Positions 38,189-51,699 of a stretch of DNA of 64,000 nucleotides are shown one piece after another; position 1 is the stretch's first letter; the number at the start of each line of letters is the position of its first letter. The notes beneath the pieces were generated by a model, which ran no database searches, was not told the origin of the DNA, and saw only the letters and a program-made list of their open reading frames with translations. Source of the stretch: Malacoraja senta (taxonomy: Eukaryota); the NCBI GenBank assembly GCA_038087875.1, contig CM075979.1, positions 9,610,001 to 9,674,000 of the forward strand, read 5' to 3'. The translations under genes were made by a program, and so were the position numbers.

Positions 38189-40620
38189 TTCGGTAAGTCC
38201 GACCATGCCGCCATACTACTCATGCCAAAATATAAACAGAGACTGAAACGGGAAGTTCCGGTAAGGAGGGAGGTGACGCGCTGGACCGACCAATCAGAGG
38301 CCTCTCTACAAGATGCTCTTGACACTGCTGATTGGGACATGTTCCGTTGCAGCTCTGATGACATCAACATGTTTACGGAAGCGGTGCTGGGATTCATTGA
38401 GAAAGTCACGAACGACTGTGTCACCAAACCCACTGTCAGAATGTTCCCCAATCAAAAACCGCGGGTGGACAAAAACATTCGTGACGCTCTCAGGACCCGC
38501 ACCGCTGCCTATAACACAGCGCTGGCAACCGGAAACAAGGAGGATTTCAAAGCTGTCTCCCACTACGTCCGCAGAGCAGTAAAGGAGGCAAAACAACGCT
38601 ACGGGAGGAAACTGGAGTTACAGCTACACCAGTCGGACTCTAGGGGGCTATGGCAAAGTCTTCACACAATCACGGACTATAAGCCCAAACCCACATCCAT
38701 CCCAAATCCGAACACCTCCCTCGCGGACGAACTAAACGTCTTTTATGCGCGCTTTGAGAATAACACCCAGGCCCTCGAAGCCCATCACATCTCATCCAGC
38801 AGCGAGGAGGTGACATTCCAGGTGACGGAACATGATGTGAGGCGCACACTCAAGCGGGTGAACCCCAGGAAGGCTACAGGTCCGGATGGGATTACTGGGC
38901 GTGTCCTCAGAACCTGCGCAGACCAACTAGCCCCTGTATTCACAGACATTTTCAATCTCTCCCTCTCCCAGTGTATTATCCCCACCTGTTTTAAATGGTT
39001 CATCATAGTCCCTGTCCCCAAAAAACCCCAACCCAGCTGTTTAAACGACTACCGCCCCATAGCCCTGACCTCCACAGTAATGAAGTGTTTTGAGAAACTC
39101 ATCAAAACTTTCATTACCTCCTCCCTACCCACCACCCTGGATCCACTACAATTTGCATACCGCCCCAATAGATCCACTGACGATGCCATAGCCCACCTAC
39201 TCCACACCACTCTCACCCACCTGGACACCAGGAAAGGGGCTTATGTTAGACTGCTGTTCATAGATTACAGCTCAGCGTTTAACACCATAGACCCCTCAAA
39301 GCTGGCCTCCAAATTGTACAACCTCCACTTGTGCCCATCCCTGAGCAAGTGGATCCACAATTTCCTGACCAGCAGACCATAGGTGGTGCGTGTGGGCCAT
39401 CACATGTCATCCTCCCTCACCCTCAACACTGGGCCCCCCCAGGGCTGTGTGCTGAGCCCTCTGCTGTATTCTCTCTACACCCACGACTGCAAGGCCATCT
39501 CACACTCTAACATCATAGTCAAGTTTGCCGATGACACAGTAGTGGTAGGCCTAATCTCAAACAATGATGAGGCAGCCTACCACTCTGAAATCATCCACCT
39601 GGCAAACTGGTATAGGGAGAATAACCTGGAGCTGAACACCTCCAAGACCAAGGAGCTCATAGTGGACTTCTCCAGGAAGTAGCAGAGGAGCTTTCTCCCC
39701 CTCAGCATAAACGGGGCCCAGGTGGAGAGGGTGGAGAGCTTCAGGTACCTCGGCATCCACATCTCCCAGGACCTGACATGGTCACACCACCTCAGCAGCC
39801 TGGTAAAGAAAGCCAACCAGCGTCTTTACCATCTCAGACGGCTGAGGGACTTCAAGCTCCCCCTCAGGGTGCTCAAGAACTTCTACACCCATACTGTGGA
39901 GAGCATCCTGAGTGGGAGCATCATCACCTGGATGGGGAACACCATCAAGAGGGACCAACTGGCTCTGAGGAGGGTGGTTCGCTCAAAACCACCCTTCCCA
40001 ACCTGCAGGACATCTACACCAAGCGCTGCAGGTCAAGAGCCAGGAGGATTATCCAGGACCACACTCACCCCAACAACAGACTGTTTTCCCTGCTGCCCTC
40101 AGGGAAACGGTACCGGCTGCTCAGGGCCAACACGGAGAGAATTAGGAGGAGTTTCTTTCCCCAGGCCATGAGACTGCTGAACGAGGATGGAGTGTCGCCG
40201 CCCCCCCTCCCCCCCAGCCCCCCAACGCCCAAACCCTCCCCACCCTCCTCACCAGCACCTCACCAGCACCTGCACCCCCGCCCAAACCCCCCGCCCCGCC
40301 TCGCCACCATCAAACACACACACATGGGACTGAACTGGATGGAACATGCTGTCATCACAGGTGTTCCACGGCACTTGTCACTTTGCTTGCAACAGCACTA
40401 CTTGTTATGTGGTATATTTATGGGGTATGTGTCATATGTAGGTATTGTTTTATGTGGGTTATGTGGTATTATGTGTTATATGTGGGTATTGTTTTATGTG
40501 GGTTATGTGTAAGTGGGGAACCATGCACAACTGGACAGGCACTTAAGCATTTCACTACTGGTTATACCGGTATAATTGAGTATGTGACCAATAAACTTGA
40601 ATTGAATAAACTTGAATTGA
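38189..40620 (+). mobile_element. Rex1/Babar-clade LINE, 5'-truncated, with lightly mutated ORF
   Basis: Starts FGKSDHAAILLMPKY (end of the AP endonuclease). RT motifs include GPDGI, NDYRPIALTS, QFAYR, DYSSAFNTI, GPPQGCVLSPLLYSLYTHD and KFADD (39521-39535). In-frame TAG stops lie at 39380 and 39680, a frameshift at about 39985, and the tail ends aataaacttgaattga repeated. Confidence 0.92.
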
Positions 40621-43299
40621 AAGCAGGTTACATGTGGTAATACTCAGCAAATCATCCCAATCTGTCAAACAAGGTATATTGAACAGCTCAGTCAAGAGTC
40701 AAGAGTGTTTTATTGTCATATGTCCCAGATAGACCAATGAAATCCAATCCAATCCTGAATGTTCTATCAGACCATATACCAATCTGACTGAGTCTACCAC
40801 CTCGGATAATGTCCAACGTGACTCAAATTGGGTGGCCAGATTCTATACTAAAAAAGTGACAACATTTTTGCATGCTGAACAACAATGCTATTGATGGAGG
40901 CATCTGCTTGCAATTATGTAAAAGAGTGCCTGAGGATGTTCGTTGACGCTTAACCCTCCTTTTTATAGTAGATCCCAGACCCATCTCCCACCAAGAATGA
41001 CAATAATCCCAATTTCACTGGATTGCTAACAATTATGAAACATGCACATCATGCCTTGAAACTTCTGAACTAATACCATCAAGGGGTCATCATCATCATC
41101 AGAAGCATTGAAAGAGCAGCAACAATAATGTGGATGTACATAGCAGTTAGCATGAAGCAGAAAGTTAACAAGGCACCAAAACAATTCATGAAAGATTTAT
41201 CAGAACAAATTTGACACAAAGCACGAAGACCTTTGTAAAAGAGGTGGGTTTTAAGGAGACAATTACAGAAATGTTTGAAGATTTCAGCATCTGTGGAAAG
41301 AGAAAAAAAAATGTCATTGGAGCAAGGGAGACATCTTCGTTAAGGGAGACATGCCTGGAAGAGAAGCGACAGTGAATTTAACAGTGATAGAAAAAATAAA
41401 ACTCTTAAATACTGGAATTTGAAACAGAAATTCTGGATAAACGCAGCCAGTTAAGCAGCATTTCAGAGTCATCCTGCACAAAACAGCCCCTTTGGCTCAA
41501 CTCATCAATGCCAATCAAGATGCCCTACCCATGCTAGTCCTGAGAAAAGAGAACCCAGTTAACGCTTTAGGTTGAAGAGTCTTCGTCTGAACTGAGGAAG
41601 AGAGAAAACAATTGGTTTTGAATAGAACAGGAACTATGGAGACGCTGCTCAGAAAGGGGCAATTTAGACCATTGTAACTATGCTGACTGAAAATTAAATT
41701 AGATTTGCTCATTAGTTTCTGACACCAGCCCTATAAGCACATTAAGAATGGAGAATGGGGTTAGAAGGGAGAGATATTTCCGCCATGATTGAATGGCAGA
41801 GTAGACTTGATGGGCTGAATGTAATAATTCTGCTCCTATTACTCATGACCTTAAGTGCTCATACATATACTTTTGAAAATGTGATAAGGGAAAATGTGAT
41901 TCAGGTATTGAAAGTGAGACATGCAGATGTTTAAGGAAGGGATTTCTAATTTAGCTAGGCAGCCAAAGGCATTAGGAATGCACTAGGAGTCAACCTGGAG
42001 GATCAAACAAAATTAGAAAGATTTGTGGGGGTGCAGTTACAGAGAAAGGATAACAGGACAACCGAAGTATTTGAAAACAGATAGGAGAACTTTAAAATCA
42101 ACGTGTTGATTTTACAGTGAACACAATGATTTGGTGTACTCTACATGGGCAGAGTTTGCTAACAGCTCAGGTTTACTTGTATGCATAGTGAAAGGCCAGC
42201 AAAGTGCATTTTAAAAGGACAGGCAAGATGAATAGCCCAAATATTTATGAAAGAGATAAAGGCATTCAAGAGGAAGGATCACTTTGCAGGTAGCCAAGAA
42301 GAAGCAAGAGGAGTTATATATGGGCCTGAAGAAAGTGTAAATGCAGAGTATACCATAAATCAAGAAACTAAAGGTGCATATAACACAACACAATAATCAG
42401 AGGGGACTTTAATTTAGATCGGGCAAACCAAGCGAACAGTGAAATTGTGAAGAATAATTTCATGCATTGTTAAAGAGCTGATTTCCTAGATCAGTACAGT
42501 TAGGTACCAATGCAGGAAAGAGTTATTTCAAATCTAGCAGCATCATGAGCAAGGATTTACTAGTATTCATGGATTTAAGGAGCCTTTAAAGGCACGTGAT
42601 CATAAAATGATCAGAATTTTCTACAAAAATTGAAAGTGATTTTGTTCAGTCTATTGGGGAACAAGTAAATGGTTGAGAAATAAAACAAATATTTTGTATC
42701 TGGTTTTAAATGCAGCATTACAAATGTTCCGGAAATACTGGAAAACAGCAGCTCTTGAATGAATGAGGAAATAAAATAAATTCAAAATTTATTAATAAGG
42801 AAAATTAATCCCATTCAATGATATTAAAACCTGACGCATTTATCCTCGGATTTTGAAGGAGATGATGTTTAAGGAGATAGTAAATGCATTTAGGTGTCAT
42901 CTTCAAAAGATCCAGCATGGCTAATGAATGAATCTAGAATGGCTCCTGCAGCTTGGAAGACAGCATATGTAACTCCACAATTTAAGGAAGGATGTAGATT
43001 AAAAACAAGATTCTATACACAAGTTCACTTGATATTAGTTGTATGGTAAATGTTGTAGTCTACACTGAAATTAGTGGCCAAAGCATACTATAGAGTTGGA
43101 ACTGAGTTTGAATTCAGGGGACATAGGTATTTTTGTACAAAAATGTGTGAACATTCACATGTATAGCAAAGAATCAAGGTCAAAATGAATGCTGGGCTTT
43201 ACATAAAAGGATTTTAGTACAAAAATATATTGTTCCTATTGGATATAACCTTGGTGAGACCAATGTCTGAAAATAATATGTGCAAGGACTGCATTTGGA

Positions 43300-43475
43300 A
43301 GATAGACACAAAATGCTGGAGTAATTCAGCAGGACAGGCACCGTCTCTGGAGAGTCTCTGGTGATGTTTCAGGTCGAATTCCTTCTCTCCAGAGATGCTG
43401 CCTGTCCTGCTGAGTTACTCCAGCATTTCGTGTCTATCTTCGAATTTAACCAGCATCTGCAGTTCTTTCCTACAC
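43300..43475. mobile_element. Penelope-terminus-derived palindromic short repeat
   Basis: gatagacacaaaatgctggagtaattcagcaggacaggca ... tgcctgtcctgctgagttactccagcatttcgtgtctatc inverted arms. Confidence 0.7.
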
Positions 43476-43727
43476 AGGACTGGATTTGGCTTGTTTTCTA
43501 ATTATGCTATACTTTATCTCAGAGCTCTGTATCTTTCCTCAATTTGAATATGTCTTTTTTTTCTAATCATTCATATCAAAATTGACAATTTACTATGCTC
43601 ACATTATAGTCATTTTTTCAGATTTTTGCTTACTTAACTATATTCTTACGCAGCCTCCTTATGTCCCAGCTTACTTTCCTTCTTCGTATCATGGCAGCTT
43701 TGAAAATTAGACCTTTGGTGCCATTAT

Positions 43728-44608
43728 GATGATGATACAATCGTTAGTGGTTTTGCAGATAGTGAAGAAGGTTGTGAACAATTGCAGCAGGATCTGGATC
43801 GATTGGCCAGGTGGGTGGAGGAATGGTTGATGGAATTTAATACAGAGAAGTGTGAGGTGTTGCATTTTGGGATGTCGAACAAGGGCAGGACCTACACAGT
43901 AAATGGTAGGCCTCTGGGTAGAGTGGTAGAGCAGAGGGATCTAGTGCATGGTTCCTTGAAGGTCGAGCCACAGGTAGATAAGGTGGTCAAAAAGGCTTTT
44001 GGCACTTTGGCCTTCATCAGTCAGAGAATTGAGTATAGAAGTTGGGAGGTCATGTTGCAGTTGTATAAGATGTTGGTGAGACCGCATTTAGAAGATTGTG
44101 TTCAGTTCTGGGCACCATGTTATAGGAAAGATATTGTCAAGCTTGAAAGGGTTCAGAAATGATTTACGAGGATGTTGCCAGGACTAGAGGGTGTGAGCTA
44201 TAGGGAGAGGTTAAGTAGGCTGGGTCTCTATTCCATGGATCGTAGGATGAGGGGAGATCGTATAGACGTATACAAAATCATGAGAGGAATAGATCGGGTA
44301 GATGCACAGAGTCTTTTACCCAGAGTAGGAGAATCGAGGACCAGAGGACATAGGTTCAAGGTGAAGGGGAAAAGATTTAATAGGAATCCGAGGGGTAACT
44401 TTTTCACACAGAGGGTGGTGGGTGTATGGAACAAGCTGCCAGAGGAGGTTGTTGAGGCTGGGACTATCCCATTGTTTAAGAAACAGTTGGGCAGGTACAT
44501 GGATCAAGTGTAGGCAAGTGGGACTAGGGTAGCTGGGACATTGTTGGCCGGTGTGGGCAAGTTGGGCCGAAGGGCCTGTTTCCACAATGTATCACTCTAT
44601 GACTCTAT
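43728..44608 (+). mobile_element. Relatively young 5'-truncated CR1 (HER1-like) LINE
   Basis: ORFs 43782..44162 and 44172..44513 are CR1 ORF2 C-terminus (QQDLDRL...FNTEKCEVLHFG...LVRPHLEDCVQFW...FFTQRVVGVWNKLP). The tail gggccgaagggcctgtttcc...actctatgactctatg resembles the SINE tail. Confidence 0.92.
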
Positions 44609-45316
44609 GCATGTTAGTTATAAAAGGAAGCTTGACTGCCAATGATATTTACACTGATCAGGGCATCTAAACCTGGGATTAGCAGTTTATTTATCAGTAA
44701 AATAAATTTCTTTATCCCGGGAGAAATAAATCTTTAGAAATCTCTGGCTGAGATGACTGAGCAGGCCAAGTTGCTGCATATGCTCATGGATGAGATTGAT
44801 ACATTTTTAGATATTAAAGAAACCAAGGAATAATTCAGGAGAATGGTGTCACAATCTCAATGAATATCAAAGTAGGCATGAAGAGTGAATGGCATACACT
44901 TTCTGGGCCAGTTCCTCATATGCTGGAATTCCCAGAAATTTATTTATTTCCTCTTTGAAAATCGCCAATGAGCTTTCCTCCACAATACTCTAGCATAGAT
45001 AATTCCAGCGATTCACTGCATATAACAGCATTTAAAAGATTATTGGACAGTTAAATGGACAGGAAAAGTTTAGAGAGATATGGGCCACATGTGGGCAAAA
45101 GGGACTAGTTTATATAAGGCATCTTGGCTGGTATGACTAGTTAGACCAAAGGGCCTATTTCCACACTCAATTACTCGAAGAGATTCCTATACGCCAGTAA
45201 ATGCCCTTCTGCCCCACCCCACCACTACCTCCTTATATTTTAACCATGGAAACTGGTGGTTTCAGGAGTGAAAATTACGGGTCAGACACTCAACTGAAGA
45301 GTCAAGTCGTATTATT

Positions 45317-45656
45317 TAGTTTTTTTAGTTTAGTTTAGAGATACAGTGCGGAAACAGGCCCTTCAGCTCATTGAGTCTGTGCCAGCCACTAATCCCCACA
45401 CACTAACATTATCCTACACTCACTGGGGACACTTTACAATTATATCAAGCCAATTAACCTACAAACCTGTACGTCTTTGGAGTGTGGGAGGAAACCGGAG
45501 TACCCAGAGAAAACCCATGCAGGTCATGGGGAGAATGTACAAACTCCATACAGACAGCACCTGTAGTCAGGATCGAACCTGGGTCTTTGGCACTGTTAGG
45601 CAGTAACTCTGGCACTGTTAGGCAGTAACTCTACCACTGCGCCACTGAGCCATCCT
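45317..45656 (-). mobile_element. Full-length HE1-like tRNA-derived V-SINE
   Basis: Minus-strand head tggctcagtggcgcagtggtag with B-box ggttcgatcct, V-domain-like gggttttctctgggtactccggtttcctcccacactccaaagac, and a CR1-like tail with (CTAAA)n. The 11-bp TSD gtcgtattatt is at 45306-45316 and 45657-45667; there is an internal 22-bp tandem duplication. Confidence 0.88.
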
Positions 45657-46295
45657 GTCGTATTATTGTTGGATGATGTTGTTCAGGGGCAGCATGTGAT
45701 TGAGAACCAAGAGATGTGTATACAGCGATTCCTTTGAGGCTCCAGAGGTGGCTCTTTCTCAGAGAACTAGGGATGAGCACTAAGTGAGAGCTTATCAGTA
45801 TTGTCTATATTTTGAACAAATTTTCTCAATGGTAAACAGACAAAATAAATTGCTATTAATCAAAGTAATGACATTGTTGTGTTTTTCAAAGTATTTAAAG
45901 TGAATGATTTTTTTAATTCACCTCAAAAAGATCAGGTGGTGCTCCACTTTCTGAACAGTTCATTTACCTTAAAAGACAGCTGAAAAACATTTACTGCCAG
46001 AACATACTGGACTTTAAATAAATGAATATACTCAATAATTATCTGCTACATTAAGCCTTTGTACCAATTAAATGTGGTAGCTATAAGTGCATATTCCCTT
46101 ATTAATGCGTTAATAGAATTCATAAAAAAGTTATTCCATTCTGAAGCCATTGCCAAGCCAAGTTATCCACCACAGAAAATGTAAAATTATAGCCACCTTA
46201 TTTGTATGTTCTTTTTAAAAGATATTTTGATACGCTGATTTATTATTGCTGCAAGAAAGTCAGGGAATTAGTGCCATTCCTGGTTGAGAACATAA

Positions 46296-46658
46296 AGGGC
46301 CTGTCTCACTTACGCGACCTCTACGGGCGACTGCCGGCACCCGTCATAGGTCACCGAAGTTTTCAACATGTTGAAAATTCAGCGAAGACCAGAAAGACGC
46401 TACGACTCTTTGGAGACCTCTCACGACCATAGGAGACCTCTCACGACCGTACAGGCGACCCCTGGCGACATGTTGCGGGTGACCTCTCACGACCATAGGA
46501 GACCTCTCACGACCATACAGCCTATGGTCGTGAGAAGTCTCCAAAGAGTCGTAGCGTCTTTCTGGTCGCCGCTGAATTTTCAACACGTTGAAAATTTCGG
46601 CGACCTATGACGTGTGCCGCCAGTCGTCTGTAAAGGTCGCATAAGTGGGACAGGCCCT
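46296..46658. mobile_element. Palindromic PIF/Harbinger-like MITE, 363 bp
   Basis: TAA target duplication (46293-46295 and 46659-46661). TIRs agggcctgtctcactta and taagtgggacaggccct extend into inverted arms of about 140 bp. Confidence 0.88.
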
Positions 46659-47245
46659 TAAGAAATCACGTCCTTAATGTCAATTTAAATCTGAGTTTGT
46701 TATCGGACATCCATCGAACTTCACTAAATCATCACAAAAACAGTTTTGGGACAGTGTAAACAAACCTCCAATTCCAAAGTGAAAATTTAAAAATACTGCA
46801 GATGCTGGAAAAATGATAAAGTTCTGACAAAGGGTCTTAGACCTGAAACTGTAACTTTGTGTTTCTCCCGAGTGTCTAAGTGCTTCCAGCATTTTGTGTT
46901 TTTATTTTATCACCCTAATTTAATAGTTCATTTAAGAACAATTTACAGCTACTCCACTGTATCAAATGTAAAGTGCATACTTTGTTGCTCGACCAATGTC
47001 CATGCAGAGAAACATATTCAGTATATGAAATGGTGACAACATTTTTTGCAGTTTGAAACGGCAGGGTAATAAAACTTTTAAAAAAAATAGAAATAATTCG
47101 TTTTTTCTCAGGCATTGTTGCTGGAAAAACATGCTGAGAAATCTCAAAATGAAATAAGCAAGTTTGCTCTAAGGAAATATGGTCTTATCACTCCTATTAA
47201 ACAGAAAAGATAATTCGAATAACTATTCCACTTAAGGAGTCTAAC

Positions 47246-47434
47246 CTGGATAAGGTATGATGGCACAGTAATCATACAGGCAGAGAGAGATGTTCTGAGA
47301 AGTCCACGGAGTGCATAGAGAAATCTAGTGAGACTGTATGCAGATTCTGGGTTTTCATTAAGGCCAACATCGTCTCCCCATAACACTGAGCCAAGTGAGT
47401 GGATTCCTATTCGCAGGATGTTCCTCTGTTTAGT
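47246..47434 (-). CDS. ELP4: ELP4 internal coding exon (equivalent to human exon 7), 189 bp
   Basis: Acceptor ctcttcctgcag| and donor CAG|gttag. Encodes [63 protein letters not shown] (63 codons, within ORF 47144..47491), recognisable as ELP4. Confidence 0.96.
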
Positions 47435-48886
47435 CTGCAGGAAGAGAGGTGCAAATGAATGTGACAAAACAGCAGGGGTTTGCTTATACATGACACCCTT
47501 CCTACCCAGTTTGCATTCTAACTTACAAGATCTACAACAGCTACTGGACAGGTGACGAGTCTTTGAAATTTCTGTCTGGACTTGCTTTCCAGCTGCCTAA
47601 CGGCTCATAAAACAGCTTGTTTCCTTGGCATATCAACAGGGAAGGATACCAGTAGAACCTTAATAAGAGCTGCACTTTTGCAAAAGCCTACATAGCTGCT
47701 AGCAAAGTGCCAAGAAAGGATCAGCGTATGCTAGACTTCCAGCTGGTTTGGGCTAGGATTCTGTTAACAAAAGCTGCCTGTGGTATCACAAACGATTCAT
47801 GCTACCAAAAAGGATAGCTTATTCTACACTTTTACTTACATGGAGAGACCAGTTGCCTAGACACACAAAAAGCATTGTGTAAATTTTTGTTTGATCATAA
47901 GCGACTGGTTGTGACAAAGAGTCAAACTGAGATAGAAATCAGAAGGAAATGTGCACAAATTAATTGCTGAAAAAGATATCCAATAAAATACACATAATTG
48001 AGCAAATCAGATGAGTTTGCGAAAGATTCTGTGTGTGTGTGTGTGTACATATATATGGATTCACCGTATATGCTGTCGGTTTTTGACATTCCCTGCTTTG
48101 GAAAACCTGTCATCTTGCTACAGAAACAGCTAGGCACACTGTACTGTGGGAACTGTTAAGACATGCCTGTTGCCATGGTTACTACTGGGAAGGGGAGAGG
48201 TGTCTGTCAGGGACCAATTTACTTCCCCAAAGGGGTTTTGCCTCCACAGGGAAAGACAGCCTGTCCAGATCTGTGTCGAAATCTCAGTAGAGATTGTGAG
48301 CTGAGCAATAACAAGCTAAATTAAGACACAAGTATTAGTAAAGCTAAAGTTGCTATGAAGTTTTTCTTCAGTCAGAGGCTTGGGCTCAGCCAATTTAGTT
48401 CACATTTTGATGAAATGGTGACTGAACAGCCTCCTACAAACTTAAATTATCAGATTTTTCTCTGTAACAAAACAAAGATTTTCTTGGTCATGGTTTTGTC
48501 AAGGCTACAAGTTTTACAACAAGGATATTTTCATTACATCAATGAAAAACGCCCAATGTAGCTTAATGTGGAGTCAGGCTAAGCCACTTTCTCGAATGGA
48601 CAGCTCCTTTTTAGGTGCTCAGTGACTAATGATGCCAGAGCACACTGCTTATGCACATCAATGCTTGTACCCAATAGAGTTGAGGAAAGCTCAAAACGTG
48701 AGGCAAATGCATATTAACATATGACCCATACTCTGTCTTTGCAATGCTTGTTTACTTCATCCATGCTTAGAAACAGCTTGTTCATTGTTGATTATTCCAA
48801 GCCCTTCCGGCTGCACCCTGGAGAGCGCTATGAAAACAACATTAGTTACTTGATTACAGAAGACACGAAGGGCTTGTGCACCATAC

Positions 48887-48971
48887 CTGGGGACTGGATC
48901 CATCAAATCCTTCCTCACGGATGACTCTCTGTATGGCTCGAAGCAGCTTGACGTAACCAAAGTTCATGTTA
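48887..48971 (-). CDS. ELP4: ELP4 internal coding exon (equivalent to human exon 6), 85 bp
   Basis: Minus strand reads ttttttttgatag|T AAC ATG ... GAG GAA GGA TTT GAT GGA TCC AGT CCC CAG|gtatgg, giving (x)NMNFGYVKLLRAIQRVIREEGFDGSSPQ. This resembles the ELP4 'EEGFDGSNPQ' segment and joins the next exon in frame. The ORF track misses it. Confidence 0.93.
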
Positions 48972-51699
48972 CTATCAAAAAAAAGTGTGAAAAGGAAGTC
49001 ACAAATTTAAAACATCACTTTAGCACCCTGATGGTAGTTTTATGCTAATGAAAGATGGGACTCAATCCACAACTTTGTACATGGCCATTCTCTATTGACA
49101 GAATCTGGGGGGAAGTTGATGAGAATGTGGGGAGAGAAAAAATGAGATTAATGTAGAATTAGTGCATCTGGGTGATTGACGGTTGGTGTGGATTCAATGG
49201 GCTGAAGGGCCTGTTTTTGTTCCATATCTCTCTATGACTCTAATATTAAAGTGCATGTCTTTTCTCCAAAACAACCTGAAGGAAAATTGTGATCTTTACC
49301 CGGTCTACATTAGTCCAGTAGAATTTCATTTATCCAAACTGAGAAACTTTCAGTTCAATGCCAATATAGCTGACTTATGATAAGCACATAACATATTATT
49401 AATATTTTATTAATTAATATTTTGCTTTGGGTTACAATTATAATTGGAAAACCACCAATCCATTAGATGCAAATGTGGGTATACTTTGCGTGGACCCAAT
49501 ATGAATCTATTACATATTTGTTATAAACAAATTAAAAACTAGCCAAAGTGTTTTTTATATAACTTGTGGACTAATTACGAAGATTTGCCTAAATTGGCTC
49601 AGATTTGAGTGCAATACAAAATACATGTCTTTTGCCTTCCATCAGGTTTCTGCAGTACTAGTTCTATTTATAATCAGTGGTCCCAAGCCAGAGCAAAATC
49701 TTAATTTCATTCTAAACTGCTTAAGTGAAAAATAAACCGAACTAATAAATTGAGTTCACAGCACAGCCGTATAAATAAAATGCACCCTGGGAGGCAGCAT
49801 TCATTCGCTTGTATTAACTACCTCAGTGACCTGACACCATATGAAAGGGATATTCTGCAGAGACAAGGATGCCTTAATTATGTCAGGCTCACTTACCTCC
49901 TAGAAAATTAATGATTTAATGAAGCAACTTAAAAGATGAAACCACTACAGCATTTCTGTGTTAAATCATAGATTAATTAACATATCGTTAATGAACTGCC
50001 ACAGCAAGCACACCTGATCAAAGTCCTAGTCACCTGAGCTTATCTTGTTGAAAATTTGTAATTTTAATAAAAACATTTTGCAAAATGTTTTTTCCCCCCA
50101 TCAATAATAAACTTGTTTGTGCCAAAATATGTTATTGTTCTAGTCAAGAAAATTAAAATAGTGACATGCAAATATCCATTTTAAACTACATCCAGGTGAA
50201 GGTCAACGGAACAAATATTTACATTAATGGAGAAAAATATGCTCCAAAATTTTAGATGTATAAAGTTAAACAACATACATATTATAACCTGATGTATAAA
50301 GTAAACGGCAGATGTCATATGACACATTTTTTTAAAGAGTAAAACAAAGAATCTATGCTAAATAGAACACAGTAAATGAAGTGAAAAAATATATATTGGC
50401 AACTAAATGATTAAATAGCTCAGATAAAAGGCACAAATTAATTTCTGCCATCTTGCATGTGTAAACATACAGCAGGCTATGTTGTTCAGTATTTATTGTT
50501 CTATTTAACGTTCATTAATTTAAATGATATTTTTGTCAGTTCCAGGTCCCAAGAACTATCCATTTCTTTTGAAGTGAAGAGAAACTTAAAACCTTCAAAT
50601 GTGTGGACAGAGAAAATAGTGAACATGATTAGGCCAAGTTAGTAACATGTAACATATGGAAATAGCAGAAATATTGGCTTTGTTCTTATCATACTTCCAA
50701 AATAAATCTGCCCCTTCCTTCGCTTGACAATGATGTTCTCCCCCAATCTTCTTCACTCATCAAGCAGATATCAAAAGTTGATGGTATTAGATTAACAGAC
50801 CCAAGGTGAGCATAAAGGATACAATAATGATGCAATGTTTCAAACGGATTTACAAGAAAAAAACATCAATCATTGAGAAGTTTATGTTTTCATCTCCATT
50901 TACCCAAACGATAACTAACATTCCAATTACCTGTGAAAGAATTTCATTGAGATGAGGTCTGATCAGAAAAGAACAGCCACTGCAGTTTGGTTATGAAAAC
51001 GTAAGTGTCAATTCAAATTGATCTAAAAATACCATGCCAAAAGTCTTGGTTTGCACTGTACAATAAGCCTGTGCTAAGTAATAAATGCAAGTTAAGAATC
51101 CCGAGGTTCTTTAGATTAGATAATCATCATTTAAAAACTGTTAACCAATTAGAAAATCAAATCAAGAGATCAAGTGGAGTTGAGGTTGCCCTGTGTACTG
51201 ATTATCTGGAAATTACAATATTAAGGTGGGGGTAGGTGTGGGGAGGGAATCAACCCATTTAGAGGAGGACTAGCATGAAACTATTCACCTTGCAACACTT
51301 ATCCTCCGGAACCATGGTCACTCCAACTTCAGTCACTGAAGTGCAGCGAGTAAGTAAAGCAGGACAATAAAGGGCTATCTATCTAATTATGCACAAACTT
51401 CAAGTTATTGTCAACTGGATCAATGAAACATACAGAAGAATAAGTCCTGTACTTAACATATGTAAAACAAAGATCTTCTACTGAACTGCCTATTTGTAGA
51501 ACATTACCCTTCAATAATAAAGGTGCATACTAAAACCCTGAAAATACATCTTTCCCATATCGTAGGAGTTATTTCCCAATGAATTCAGACACTGATGACA
51601 AACAGTGCACTCGCATTACTTTTGGCCAAATAAGGAAAGGAGTGTTTGAGGTTTAAGACCTCTAAGCAAGCACAAAGCTTATAGCCTAGAAGACAGCAG

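Noticed and set aside
39778-40640. Separate genes downstream of the Rex1 RT
   Set aside because: They are the frameshifted Rex1 C-terminus reading into its C-rich and GT-rich 3' UTR.
45560-45656. tRNA-like A/B-box sequence (also at about 16640-16729)
   Set aside because: It is the head of an HE1-like SINE, with a TSD and LINE-like tail; it does not form a complete tRNA.
46344-46610. Near-identical 80-aa ORFs on opposite strands, and short internal repeats resembling a CRISPR array
   Set aside because: This is an artefact of the palindromic MITE. The repeats lack unique regular spacers, there are no cas genes, and the context is eukaryotic.
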